NCBI RefSeq assembly: GCF_009914755.1
Contig: NC_060947.1
Strand: one strand, 5' to 3'
Length of the DNA: 64,000 nucleotides
From: the human T2T-CHM13v2.0 reference genome, Homo sapiens
Below the pieces are notes generated by a model, which saw nothing but the letters and a program-made list of their open reading frames with translations, did not search any database and was not told the DNA's origin. Numbering within the stretch: the stretch's first letter is position 1; the number at the start of each line of letters is the position of its first letter. The position numbers and the translations under genes were made by a program. Of the stretch, positions 25,961 to 41,228 are shown in pieces.

Positions 25961-26624
25961 GTCAAGAAGCTGGTCTATAATGTTCAACTGGCAAAAAGTA
26001 TAGAGACCTATATTTTGAGTTTGCAAAGTGAAATTGCTAGAGAGTTCAACTTTGATTTTACTCTTCAAAGTGCATTGGTTACTTTGGCAAAACATAAGAC
26101 ATTTGTAGAATTGTTTAGATACGTTTGATCATTTCTATACTTTTTTTTTATTTTTCTACATTTTATTTGTTAGTTCATGTTTTCTTCAGGTTTGGTTCAT
26201 TCTTAGCCATTTTTGCTTGCTCTGCGCTACCTGGGATATTGGGATATTTGGAATGAAGCTTAAAATATCCAACACCTCAGGGTTCAGCTCATGCCTTTTT
26301 GTTGTGGACTAAAAATTTGAGACATTTAAAATATTTTAAAAATTAAACATTTCTAAACAGGTAGAATAAGGCATACCTGTATGAAAATAAAAATTTAGAG
26401 TACAACATCAAAATGTTTAAATAATTCAGATCATAAAATTATATTTCTTCTGATTAAATTTCTTTGATTCACATTGGTAAATATTCAATCACAAAGGTTT
26501 ACTACAGAAAAATCAAATAATACATAGACAAGACTATTGGAGAACATAAGAGAATGCCACATTTTCACACACAAAGTGTCCGTTAGCCCCTTGGTGTATA
26601 TTTTCTTGTATAGCTTTCTCTATA

Positions 26625-26855
26625 AAGACTTTATGGGTGCTTATTATTTGCCAAGCAATGTTTTAGGGACTGAGAATATGGAGTCACCAAAATAGAAAGA
26701 ACTCTTTGCCCCTATTTGGTTTATATTCTAGAGACAAAAAACAGAAATTACATACGTGTTATTACACATGATGACAAGTGACATAAATAGAAACAACTAG
26801 AGTAAGGTAATTGAGATATATATAAGATTGGGTGGTAAGTTTTTTAACTAGGGTT
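26625..26855 (-). mobile_element. L2 fragment (resumes near 28470 after the MaLR insertion)
   Basis: GTGCTTATTATTTGCCAAGCAATGTTTTAGGGACTGAGAATA.. antisense L2 3' end. Confidence 0.55.
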
Positions 26856-26856
26856 A

Positions 26857-28466
26857 TAATATAGTTTGGATATTTGTTACCACCCATATCTCACTCAGGA
26901 AGGTCCATGCCATAAGCCTTGGCAGCTTCCATGTTGTATTAGTTTGTTTTCACACTGCTATAAAGGAATACCCAAGACTGGGTAATTTACAAAGGAAACA
27001 GGTTTAATTGACTCACAGGTCCACATGACTGGGGAGGCCTTAGGAAATTTACAATAATGGTGGAAGTTGAAGGGGAAGAAAGGCATCTTCTTCACAAGGT
27101 GGCAGGAGGGAGAATGAATGCAGGAGGAACAACCAAACACTTATAAAATAATCAGATCTCGTGAGAACTCACTCACTCTCACGAGAACAGTATGAGGGAA
27201 CCGCCCCCATGATTCAATTACCTCCACCTGGTCTCTTCTGTGACGTGGGGATTATGGGGATTTTAATTCAAGATGAGATTTGGGCGGGCACACAAAGCCT
27301 AACCATATCACATGTGATTTTAAGCCTACAGGTGCACAGAATGCAAGAGTGAAGGAGGCTTGGCAGCCTTTGCCTAGATTTCAGAGGATGTATGAGAAAG
27401 CCTGGGTGCCCAGGCAGAAGTTTGCTCACAGAAAACCTCTACTAGGGCAGTGCAGAGGGGAAATGTGGGGTTGGAGCCCCCACACAGAGTTCCAAATGGG
27501 GCACTGCCTAGTGGAGCTATGAGAAGGGAGCCATCATCCTCCAAACTCCAGAATGATAGAATCACTGGTGGTTTGCATCTTGCTCCTGGAAAAGCAGGCA
27601 CTCAACACCCTGTGAGAGCAGCATTAAGGACTGAACCCTTCAAAGCCACAGGATTGTAGCTATCCAAAGCCTTAGGAGACTACCCCTTGCAGCAGTGTGC
27701 CCTGGATATGGGACATGGAGCCAAAGGAGATTATTTTGGAGCTTTAATATTAAATGACTGCCCTGCTGGGTTTTAAACTTGTGTGGGCCTGTAACCCCTT
27801 TCTTTTTGCTTATTTCCCTTTTTTGGAATGGAGGTATTTACCCAATTCCTATACACCCATTGTATGTTAGAAGTCAATAACTTGTTTTTGATTTTATAGC
27901 CTCATAGGTAGAAGGAACTTGCTTTATTTCAGATGAGAGTTTGGACTTTGGAATTTTGAGTTAACATTAGAATGAATTAAGAGTTTGGGGGACTGTTGGG
28001 AAGATATATTGTATTTTTGCAATGTGAGAAGGACATGAGATTTTGGGGAGCCAGGAGTGGAATGATATTATTTGTATCTTTGTCCCCACTCAAGTCTCAT
28101 GTTGAAATATGATCTTCAATGTTTGAGGTGGGGCCAAGTGGGAAGTATTTGGGTCATGAGTGCAGATCCCTCATGGCTTGCTTCTGTTTTTGCAATAGAT
28201 AGTTCTCACGAGATTCGCTTGTTTAAGTGTGTGGCTCCTCCCCCTCTGCTCTCTGTTTCTTCTGCTTTTGCCATATAAGGTGCCTGCTCCTGCTTTGCCT
28301 TCCACCATGAATAAAAGCTCATTGAAGGCTCCACAGAAATCACACAGATGCTGACACCATGCTTCTGGCACAGCCTGCAGAAACATGAGCCAGTTAAACC
28401 TCTCATTTTTATAAATTACACAGTCTCAGATATTTATTTATATCAATGAAAGTACAGGCTAATACA
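26857..28466 (+). mobile_element. MSTA/MSTB-type MaLR provirus with internal deletion (5' LTR stub 26857-26896, internal part, 3' LTR 28063-28466)
   Basis: MaLR-int motifs (GCCTAGATTTCAGAGGATGTATG; GGGGTTGGAGCCCCCACACAGAGT), PPT-like AGGAGTGGAA, then LTR TGATAT...CTAATACA. Confidence 0.9.
26935..27310 (-). mobile_element. THE1C/D solo LTR nested in MST-int
   Basis: TGTATTAG...AACCATATCA; exact 5-bp TSD CATGT. Confidence 0.93.
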
Positions 28467-28789
28467 GATTGTCAGGGAATACTTCTTTGATCAGGAGATA
28501 TTAGAGGATTTTTGAAATTTTAAAGAAAGCCATATCTGGATTCCAGGAAGAATGACAAATTAATCAACTTTTCCTTCCACTTGCTTTTGTGCTATTCCAG
28601 TTACACATTTGTGAATTCAGGGAATGTTTGAGATATACTGCAGTTGTACTTCAGATTGTGAACTTTCTCTAGGCCAATAATAGAAAGGATGCTTTATTTC
28701 ATTTTTTTGTTTATGTAACAGGTCATTTTATGATAAAATGATAGGGATTAAGCCATTTTGAACTGATGTTCATTATCTGCCATGTTTTG

Positions 28790-29390
28790 TTGTCATTTAT
28801 TTATTCAAAGTTTATTTTCACTTTCTATATACTAGATATTATACCAGGTACTGGAGATTCAGAGAAAACCAATATTATAAGTGCTTGTTCTCAAGAAACT
28901 CTCAGTTTATCAAGAAAAACATACATTTACACAAATAAATATAATACAATCTTAAAGTTGCTCTAATAGAAGTTGCATAGAGGAGTGGGTGATCAGCTCT
29001 GTTAAGGTGGCAGCGTCAGTAAGAGCAATATAGAAAAGCTGATACTTGGTCGAAGTTTTAAAAGATAAACAAAAATTCTCCATTTAGATAATGATGTAGA
29101 GGAATGTATTAGAGTCAGATAGGTTAGTATGTAAAAAGGCATGAAAGTAGAAACATGACATGTTCTGGGAGCTGCAACTAGTTTGACAGGGCAAGCAAAG
29201 AAGTAAGAAGAAATTACATTTCTCCCCTATCAGAATGTCAATTCTATGAAGGCAAAAACACATGTCTACTTCCTCACCGATGTATTTCAAACACCTAGAA
29301 AAGTTTCCATGCCACAGTAGGAGTTCATTAAGTTGAACAATTAAATGAAGTTAAAGAGGTAGGTTTGCGCCAAATCTTGAAGGGCTATTT
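28790..29390. mobile_element. L2 fragments (minus strand 28790-29190; plus-strand 3' end 29220-29350)
   Basis: Antisense TCATTTATTTATTCAA..CCAGGTACTGGAGATTCAGAG; sense AGAATGTCAATTCTATGAAGGCAA..ACAGTAGGAGTTCATTAA. Confidence 0.55.
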
Positions 29391-30344
29391 ATTATTCATA
29401 ATGTACATAATGCATTTTGACCTTTATTCTCAAAACATTTTTCTGTTTCTTAATGTTTTCAGGGATTTCAGGAAATAAATATTCATGATTTGCATAGTCT
29501 ACATTTTTAAATTTATCCATATTTATTATTGCTACAGTTCTGTCAAGATTAGTTTTTAAAGAAATAAAACTCAAAATGAAGAAACTCTCAATGAAAGTGA
29601 CCACCCCAACTTCTTGAGTAACACATAAACCTAGTCAAAGCATAATTGCATATTGCCTGACTCCCCAAAAAATATTTTCCAGCCTTTGGAATAGCTTGTT
29701 CAGAACGTCAGCCCAGCTCACATTTTTCTGAATATTCAGTAAAGAATAAGTAACAACAATAAAAGCTAAAATTTTGGCTTTATGACACAATTTGACATTT
29801 ACACACTTGTAACTCTCATTTAATTTATTTCTGATTATTATCCCTTTCTTTCCCATGGATATTTCTTGATTAGTCCTTTAATTTAAAGAGATTGTATATA
29901 CAGAAGAGTATGCATGGACATAATTATAATTCCAACTAGATATACAGGTGCACATCATACTTCTTGTCATTAGAACATTTTCTTACTATAATCCATGGCA
30001 AACATGAGATATAAGTTATTATTTCTGCATGATGTTAACAACATCCAGAGGTCATTCACTTTTACTCATTACTCATTTTTTATGCATCAGCAGTTCTTCC
30101 TTTGACTATTTTCTGACGGTTTCTAATTTATAATGTTCAATTTTATGTACTTAACACAGTAATCAAATCTTTAGATCATGAGTATAGAAAGCAAATTCAA
30201 CTATTAATATGTTAGATAATTGTTTGATTTACTCATTATAAATGTTTCTGAATCTGAGAAGCTTCATAAGAGATGCTTATAGGGATGCACAATTTTGATT
30301 GACTGTTAGGAGAGCCAAGGACAAAGAAGACATTCATAATAAAT

Positions 30345-33300
30345 TTTTATTTTTATTTTTAAATTAATTTTTTTTTTTACTTTTAGGTTTAAGGGTACAC
30401 GTGAGGGTTTATTACCCAGGCAAACACATGTCATGGGGGTATGCTGTACATATTATTTCATCACCCAGGTATTAAACCCAGTAACCAATAGCTATCTTTT
30501 CTGCTCCTCTCCCACCTCCCACCCTCCACACCCAAGTAGACAGCAGTGTCAGTTGTTTCCTTCTTTGTGTTCATAAGTTCTTATCATTTAAAAGCTCCCA
30601 TTTATAAGTAAGAACATGTGGTATTTGGTTTTCTGTTCCTACATTAGTTTGCTAAGAATAATAGGCTCCAGCTCCATCCATGTTACTCCAAAAGACATGA
30701 TCTCATTATTTTCATAGCTGCATATTATTCCATGGTGTATTAGTACCACATTTTCTTTATTCAATCTGTCATTGATGGGCATTTAGGTTCATTCCATGTC
30801 TTTGCTCTTGAGTATAGTGCTGCAATGAACATTTGCATGCATATGTCTTTATGGTAGAATGCTTTATCCTCCTCTGGGTGTATACCCAGTAATGGGATTG
30901 TTGGGTCTTATGGTAGTTCTGCTTTTAGCTCTCTGACAAATTGCTATACCAGTTTCCACAATGGTTGAATTAATTTACACTCCCACCAATAGTGTAAAAG
31001 TGTTCCCTTTTCTCTGCAACCTCGCCAGCATGTGTTATTTTTTTTACTTTTTATTAATAGCCATGCTGACTCGTATGAGATGGTATCTCGTTGTTTTGAT
31101 TTGCATTTCTCTAATGAGCGGTGATATTGAGGTTTTTTTTCATATGCTTGTTGGCTGCATATATGTCTGTTTTGAGAAGTGTCTGTTCATGTCCTTTGTC
31201 TACTTTTTAATCAGGTTGTTTGTTTTTCTCTTGTAAATTTGTTTAAGTTCTTTATAGATGCTGGATATTAGACTTTTGTCAGATGCATAGTTTGCATATA
31301 CTTTCTCCCATTCTGTAGGTTTTTTACTCTGTTGATAGTTTCTTTGGCTGTGCAGAAGCTCTAATTTAATTAGAACCCTCTTGTTAATTTTTTCTTCTTT
31401 TTGCAATCACTTTTGGTGTCTTTATCGTGAAATCTTTTCTCATTCTTATGTCCAGAATGGTATTGCCTAGATTGTCTTCCAGGGTTTTTATAGGGTTGAG
31501 TTTTACATTCAAGATTTTAATTTATCTTGAGTTGATTTTTGTGTATGGTATAAGGAAGGGGTCAAGCTTCAATGTTCTGCATATGGCTAGCCAATTATCC
31601 CAGCACCAATTATTGAATAGGGAGTCTTTTCCTCATTGCTTTTTTTGGTGTGTGCCAGCTTTGTCTAAGATGAGATGACCGTAAATGTGTGGTCTTATTT
31701 CTGGGCTCTCTATTCTGTTTAATTGATCTGTGTGCCTGTTTTTGTACCAGTACTATGCTGTTTTGGTTACTGTAGCCTTGTAGTATAGTTTGAAGTTGGG
31801 TAATGTGATGCCTCCAGCTTTATTCTTGCTTGGGGTTGCCTTGGCCATTTGGGCTCTTTTTTGGTTCCATCTGAAATTTAAAGTAGTTTTTTCTTTTTTT
31901 CTTTTTTTTAGTTCTGAGAAGAATATCATCGGTAATTTGATAGCAATAGCATTAAACCTCTAAATTGCTTTGGACAGTATACCCATTTTGATGATACTGA
32001 TTCTTTCTAACAATGAGCATGGGATATTTTTCCATTTGTTTATGTCTAACCTGATTTCTTTGAGCAACATTTTATCATTATCATTGTAGAGATCTTTCAA
32101 CTCCTTGGTTAGCTGTATCCCTAGGTATTTTATTCTTTTGTGGCAACTGTGAATGGGATTGCCTTTCTGATTTGGCTCTTGGTTTGGCTATTTTGCGTGT
32201 ATAGAAATGCTAGTGATTTTTGTTCATTGATTTTGTATCCTGAGACTTCGCTGAAGATGTTTATCAGCTGGAGGAAATTTTGGGCCAAGATTATGGGCTT
32301 TTTTAGATATAAAATCATGTAACTTGCAAACAGATAGTTTGACTTCCTCTCTTCCTATTTGGATGCCCTTTATTTCTTTCTCTTGCTTGATTGCTCTGGC
32401 TAGGACTTCCAATACTATGATGAATAGAAGTGGTAAGTGAGGACATGCTTGGTTTGTGCCTGTTTTCAAGGAGAATGCTTCCAGCTTTTGCCCATTCAGT
32501 ATAACGTTGGCTGTGGGTTTGTCATAGATAAAACTTATTATTTTGAGGTATGTTCCTTTAATACCTAGTTTATTGAGAGTTTTTAAAGAAAAACATCTTC
32601 AAACAAGAATTTTATATCTAGCCAAACTAAGCTTCCTGAGTGAAGGAGAAATAAGTTCCTTTTCAGATAAGCAAATGTTGAGAAAATTTATTACCACCAG
32701 ATGTGCCTTACAAGACATCTTCAAAGGAGCACTAACTCTAGAAAGGAGAGATCACTACCAGCTAATACAAAAACATACTTAAACACACAGACCAGTTTCA
32801 CTGTAAAGCAACCACACAAGCAAACATAATAGCCAGCTAACAGCACAATGACAGGATCAAATCCTCACATATCAATACTTATCTAGAATGTAAACAGGCT
32901 AAATGCACCACTTAAACGGCACAGAGTGCCAAGCTGGATTAAAAAAAAATGGTATGCTATCTTCAAGAAACTGATCTCACACATAATGACACTCATAGGC
33001 TCAAAATAAAGGGATGGAGGAAAATCTACCAAGTAAATGGAAAGCAGGAAAAAGAAGAGGTTGCAATCCTAATTTCAGACAAAACAGATTTCAAACCAAC
33101 AAAGATCAAAAAAGACAAAGAAGGATATTATATAATGATAAAGGGTTCAATTCAACAAGAAGTCCTAAATATCCTAAATATATATGCATCCAACACAGGA
33201 GAACCCAGATTCATAAAGCAAGTTCTTAGAAACCTACACAGGACTCCTAAATAATAACAGTGGGAGACTTCAACACTCCTCTGACAGTATTAGGCAGATC

Positions 33301-33968
33301 ACTGAGGCAGAAAATTAACAAAGATATTCAGGACCTAAACTCAACATTGGACCAAATGGCTCTGATAACCTTTACAGGACTCTTCACCCCAAAACAACAG
33401 AATATACATTATTCTCTTTGTCACATGGCACATACTCTAACATTAGCCACATAATTAGACATTAAAACAATTCTCAAAAAATGTAAGAAAAACTAAATCA
33501 TACCAAACACACTCTTGGACCACAACACAATCAAAATAGAAGTCAAGACTATGAAAATCACCCAAAACCAAGCAATTACATGGAAATTAAACACAAGCTT
33601 CTGAATGACTTTTGGGTAAATAATGAAATTATGGGAGAAATCAAGAAGTTCTTTGAAAATAATGAGAACAAACATAAACAAACCAGAAATTCTGGGACTC
33701 AGCTAAGGTAGTATTAAAAGGGAGATTTATTGTACTAAATGCACACATCAAAAATTAGAAAGATCTCAAATTAACAACCTAGCTTCACAACTGAAAGAAT
33801 TAGAGAAGCAGGAACAAATCAACTCCAAAACTAGCAAAAGATGAGAAATAACAAAAATCAAGGCTGAACTGAAGGAAACCCACACATGAAAAACCATTCA
33901 AAATATCAATAAATCCAGGAGCTGGTTTTTTGAAAAAAATTAATAAAATAGGCCACTATCTAGATTAA
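30345..33968 (-). mobile_element. L1PA13-16-like element with 5' inversion (minus 30345-32586; plus 32583-33968)
   Basis: Antisense 3'UTR and ORF2 C-terminal half, then sense ORF1 end and EN domain (VCYLQETDL..GWRKIYQ; GDFNTPL); TSD TAATA(A/T)ATTTTTA at 30337-30349 and 33966-33978. Confidence 0.93.
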
Positions 33969-34934
33969 TATATTTTTAAATGGCAGTAAGAAATGTTGAA
34001 TTCTAATAGGACAAAATCAGTCATAGTCATAAGATCATATTAATAGAATTCTACAACTGTAGACAGTGTTCATTCTGTTAATGGGTTATTCTACAGGATG
34101 AACATCTAAATGAGTAGATTTGACAAGGCTTAGACTTACTTATACTTACTAATTGTTTTGGTAAATTTTTAGCTTCAGCATATAAAAACATCTTTGTATT
34201 TCTTCCTCTACATTGGATTTTAACTAAATGATAGTTTTTTCTTAAACTTGAAATCAAGTTTTTTGAACCATCATATACAGACATATATATGATAATCTGG
34301 TCCCCCTACATTTGGAGGACCAGAAAATTACAAATTACAATGTGATAAATAATGAAAAGTAAAAAGGCCTCTACTTTGAATGAATTATGTTCAAGTACAT
34401 TAAAATCAGGAAAATAATAAGAGCACATAAGCATTAATGAATAAAAGATTGTTTTAAAATAATGAAAATAACAAGTATTACCTGAAATATCCATTCTGTA
34501 TCCATGCTGTCAATCTTAAGTTTTAAAAATACACTGTTTACTCACTAAATGATTCTCCATCATTTCTTTAAAGGGGTACTAAAAAGGAGTCAAACAAATT
34601 TGGCATTTGGGAGGGGTATAAATTTAAATTCTGAGCTCAGTACAAAAGTTCTGAAATTCAGAGCAAGGATAAACAGTTGCAAACAATTCTGAGAAGCTAA
34701 CTCGTTACATTTGTTCAAAGTAAGTTTTCAATTACAGTGTAAATTACAGCACAAATATTGTGGCATAGACTAATAAACTAGATGTCTATTTAGAGTTTTC
34801 TACTGAAGCAATAATGCTACCTACCATATAAAAAATCAGGCATGTGAAACATGCTGCTTATTCCTTTAAAAATGTTATTTTATTCATTTAGAGAGAACAT
34901 TGTGAAAAATTTTAAACTTAAAACTGCAAATTTA

Positions 34935-35265
<331 letters not shown>

Positions 35266-35580
35266 CTAAAACTTCAAATGACTGTTGATACACGGCTGTA
35301 TTAACTAATTTCTTCTTTATTAGAGTATCTCGTCTGAAGTTCCTTACCCAAAATATATTTAATTAACTTGTCATTTTATCTTAACATATTTATTTCATCA
35401 AATTCTTACAATTATTACAGGCCACAATTCATTGACAATTTTGAGAATGTGCATTTTGAACAATAAATACATTTTGTAATTTAGTTGCATGTCATTTACC
35501 ACACACACATCACTCTGTTGTATAAATGCTATTTGATGATAATGGCAATAAATTATTTGTGCAGACTTAACATTTCATCC

Positions 35581-36165
35581 TGAGGCTGGATAGGTAGTCA
35601 AGGAAGTCACTATGTCCTCAGGGCACAACCACCATATTGGGCACAACCACCATATTGACCACATCATCAACACAATAAACCTCAGCATTCACATTGTAGT
35701 CCAGCTCATTCAAGCAAAGCTAGCTTCAGTAGGGAATTTCCCCTTTAGAGAGCATTTTGATTTTTACCTGTCCTGAGACTGATGCTTTTCTCATTATAAT
35801 AGTATAAAACACACTCTTGGGTGAAGATTTAAGATGAAGATGTAAATCTGTCTCATTAGCATCTGGGACTTCCCGGAACATGCTTACTTACTGGCCACAC
35901 CTCTTCCTGCCCCCATATAAATAACCATGAAACTGTCCCAATAAAGGGGGTCTCCTTAGTGCCGGTCTTTGCTGTCTCATCTTAGGAGTAGACCACCCTG
36001 AATCCTCTTTCAGGCTGTACTGCCTATTCTGTACCTAGCTTTCAGGCTACTCTTTCTCTTTTGCAATAAATTGCTCTATGCTGCATCTCCTTTGCTATGT
36101 GTCTCTTGTTTAAACTATTTTGAAATAAAAAGACAAGAACTGAGGTTTCAGAACAGCCATCAACA
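35581..36165 (+). mobile_element. ERV1 solo LTR (LTR26-like, family uncertain)
   Basis: TG...CA termini; exact 4-bp TSD ATCC; TATA-like CATATAAATA near 35914; AATAAA at 36065. Confidence 0.85.
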
Positions 36166-36509
36166 ATCCCACAACAGCTATATTGAAAATTAAATACAAT
36201 GCATAATACACATTTTATAAAATGTTACTTTAAATCAGACTTCCAGGTGGGATTTATTTAAATGTTCTCAAGTTACTTTTTTCAGTAACTTCACTTCTCC
36301 ACGGCCAGAACAATTGTCATTCATTTTAATATTATTTAGTGTAAATGACATGCAATTCTCCTAATTCACAGGTAATTCATGAGGAAAAATTTTTTCAACT
36401 AGATAAAAAGCATAATAATATAAATTAGTTTTTTAATCAGATTTTTTTTGGTTTTTAATATTCGTGGGCACTTAATGGGTATATATATTTATGAAGTCAG
36501 CTTGCTTTT

Positions 36510-36738
36510 TAATTTTATTTTATTTTTCTATAAATTACCAGGGTACAGGTGGTATTTGGTTACATGAGTAAGTTCTTTAGTGGTGATTCGTGAGATTTTG
36601 GTGCACCCATTACCTGAGCAGTAAACACTGCACCATATTTGTAGTCTTTTATCCCTCGCCCCCCTCCCACTCTTCCACCCGAGTCCCCATTGTCCATCGT
36701 ATCATTCTTATGCCTTTGCATCCTCATAGATTAGCTTT
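36510..36738 (-). mobile_element. L1PB1-like 3' end fragment
   Basis: GGGTACAGGTGGTATTTGGTTACATGAGTAAGTTCTTTAGTGGTGAT. Confidence 0.85.
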
Positions 36739-37032
36739 TAATAATCAGTAATATTTTTTGCTAAAGCTTGTAACTATGGGTTAATAATTGAGTTTAACAT
36801 ATACTGGAGGAGTCGGGAAAATTCTCAACAAATATCATATGAACATTTGTGAAGAAGACAGGATTTTTTTCTAAGACAGTATTACACTTTTGTAAGTAGA
36901 AATGAATATCTGCAACTTATGTGGAAAACCAGTGTTCGGGTTGTAAGAAATGAAATCGCACCATAAGCATAAATTAGAAAAAAAAAATTTATTTTATGGG
37001 ATTTGTAGTCTGCTTTAAGAGGCATGTCAACC

Positions 37033-37336
37033 TTTTTTTTTTTTTTTTTTTGAGACAGAGTCTCGCTCTGTCGCCCAGGCTGGAGTGCAGTGGCGCATCT
37101 CGGCTCACTGCAAGCTCCACCTCCCAGGTTAAGGCCATTCTCCTACGTCAGCCTCCCGAGTAGCTGGGACCACAGGCGCCAGCCACCACCACACCCAGCT
37201 AATTTTTTGTATTTTTTTAGTAGAGACGGGGTTTCACCGTGTTAGCCAGGATGGTCTCAATCTCCTGACCTTGTGATCTGCTCGCCTTGGCCTCCCAAAG
37301 TGCTGGGATTACAGGCGTGAGCCACGGCGCCCGGCT
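37033..37336 (-). mobile_element. AluY
   Basis: GCAAGCTCC and GTTAGCCAGGATGGTCTC diagnostics; TSD TGTCAAC. Confidence 0.97.
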
Positions 37337-37595
37337 GTCAACTTTTTTTTTAAAACAGTAATCCTAAATTTATATTTTTAAGCATTTTAAGTTGATATCA
37401 TAATAGACACCAGGCCTTTATAAATGTAAGCTATGACGGTGGACTATCCCTTTAAGAATAGAAGTAGCCTTTGGGATGTTCATGTGACATTATTCAGCAA
37501 TGTAATTTTAATGCAAATACTTTTTAAAATTTTTAAGCATTATTCTAGTCAGAAAGAAAACATTTAATATATATATATGAATCAGAATAAAATAA

Positions 37596-37964
<369 letters not shown>

Positions 37965-39371
37965 TGAATAAAACTATACCGCTTTAAAATGTTTCTCTTG
38001 ATTCAGAAATTATATCTGTATACTTAGATTCATTCTTGCCATTAGAAACATAATATTAAGCAGATTTTTGAGACAGAGTGTTTGGTGTTATTATAAAGTT
38101 TGGACACCAGAGCCTCAAGAATTATGCAACAAAAGCAAGAAAACCTTTTTCTCTTTATTTTGTAAAATTCAGTCTTACTATTTACTTAATACACGTATGA
38201 ACTCTAAACTTTATCTGAAAAGAAAAGGTATTACTGCAAATATATCCAATGTTCTCTATGATGAGGCCCAGACTCGTTGACAAAACTCACTTTTAACTTC
38301 CTTTTGTTTTGAAAATGGTGGGTATTTTTATAAATCAGAAGAAATGTGGCAAAGGCCAGTGTTGTTTTACATTCTTTATTGTATGGAAGAATTTAAATTA
38401 TTCTACTGTGTAAATTTTCTAAGATGGAAATAGTTATGTTAAAGTGAGAGAGGAAGAGGGAGCGAGGGAAAGAGAGTGAGAGAAAGAGAAAGATTGTACA
38501 TATTACTAGTCATATAAATCTACAATAGATTAAATATAAACTCATGCATCAGCATGGACATCAGCTTTCCCGAGAACCTAGAGTGTGATTTATTTATGCA
38601 TATCTTTGGTTACTGAAAATCTCCTTTTTTAAAAAAAAATAGGGACTGCTGTCTTTCTTTAATTTCCCCTTTTTTATTGTTTTGCCTCCCTATTGCCCGA
38701 AATGAGATCATTTTTACTGAGTTATCTTACACTTCCCATAAATTAGGTAATGAAAACAAAGAAGCAAAATCGCATATAAAACATGGCATTAATATTAAAA
38801 AATAGTAAAATTTTCTCAGTTGAATACTAATAAACTTCTACATTTCCAATTTCAATTTGAATTTATTAGATGCCTGTTTTGTGATAGAGGTTGCTTGTTG
38901 TTTTTACATTGTTATTTAATTTACTAAAAGTATGTTAGAGAAAAAACATTAAAAACTTAATTAAACGTTCTCATTTAAGCAAAAATATTTTCAGCTAATA
39001 ACATCTTAAGTATTTTATTTTTGGGCTTATATATAATTAGATTTAAAAAAATTTTTTTTTTATTATGAACATTTTTATGTTTCTTCAAGACTGACCTGCC
39101 AATTTAAGACCTGCCAATGTCCTCATATCTTGCTCCATCAGGACCATTCTTTCTTGGTTAATGGAAAAATTTGTTTAAAGTGGATGATCATATAAAAATA
39201 TAAATATGCATATGTATATGCAAGAACTGTAATTAAATATTTTATTTTACCTTAAAATATATCAATACATATTTGTGCATCAACCTATTAGTGTAGTTTC
39301 TAAGTAGCAAATTATTTTAGGTATGTTGAGGTAACAATTTCTGGGGTGGCCAAGCAAGGATGAAGACATCA

Positions 39372-39709
<338 letters not shown>

Positions 39710-39882
39710 GGCAGTCAACACTGGCCATGAGCAATCTTTTGCTTTTTTTCCAGTGTGCTGGATAGATTTTATTATTTCTAAGTATACAACACTATGAAAA
39801 AACAAGCAGAACTTCATTAAATTTCTACTTCATTTGTATTGCATAAAATATATTCCCAAAGCTCTATGATTTCCTATTATAA

Positions 39883-40181
<299 letters not shown>

Positions 40182-40192
40182 TCCTATTTTAA

Positions 40193-40606
<414 letters not shown>

Positions 40607-41228
40607 TGATTATAATTTTTAAGGCCATTTTCAATATGAAGGCTTCTCAAAACAGTCAGCTTAATGTTAATGGAAACAAAGCACCATCTTTCTTTTCACA
40701 TTTGAATTTCATAGTTTTACATCATAACTGTAATATATACTTGCAGTAATAAGTAAAACTGGATCGATATGGTTAGCATCAATACTACCATGTATAGCCA
40801 TGTCGATGCAGAAAAATGCTTGCAAACAAGTGTGTAGCCAACAAGAAGTGAGCCATATAGATTCTTTTACAGAGGCCATTAAGAGTGTTGGTTAATCTGG
40901 TGAGTAAGATTAAAGTGAAGTAGGAGGTTTTATTGTAATATATGATCTTGACTTCCTTTCATCATAGTCATTGTGAATTACAAATCTAATTGCATATATG
41001 ATGCTTTTTGAGACTTACCAACATTAAGCAAATACAATTGCCAAAATCACATATTCATACTTATTTCAAAACACTATAATATTTATGAATACTAAGGCAT
41101 GTTATCAAAGAAAACCAAGAAGATTCATAACATTTTTAAATAATAGATATTTAAAAAAAATGTAGTTCCCAAATTTCTCTATGTACTAATTTATATAGAT
41201 GTCATTTGACACAATATCGCATCAAATC

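Noticed and set aside
26372-26400. Minus-strand TTTTTATTTTCATACAG|GTATGC AG-GT junction
   Set aside because: Shorter tract and weaker donor, on the strand opposite the better sites; it shows such motifs arise by chance in AT-rich DNA
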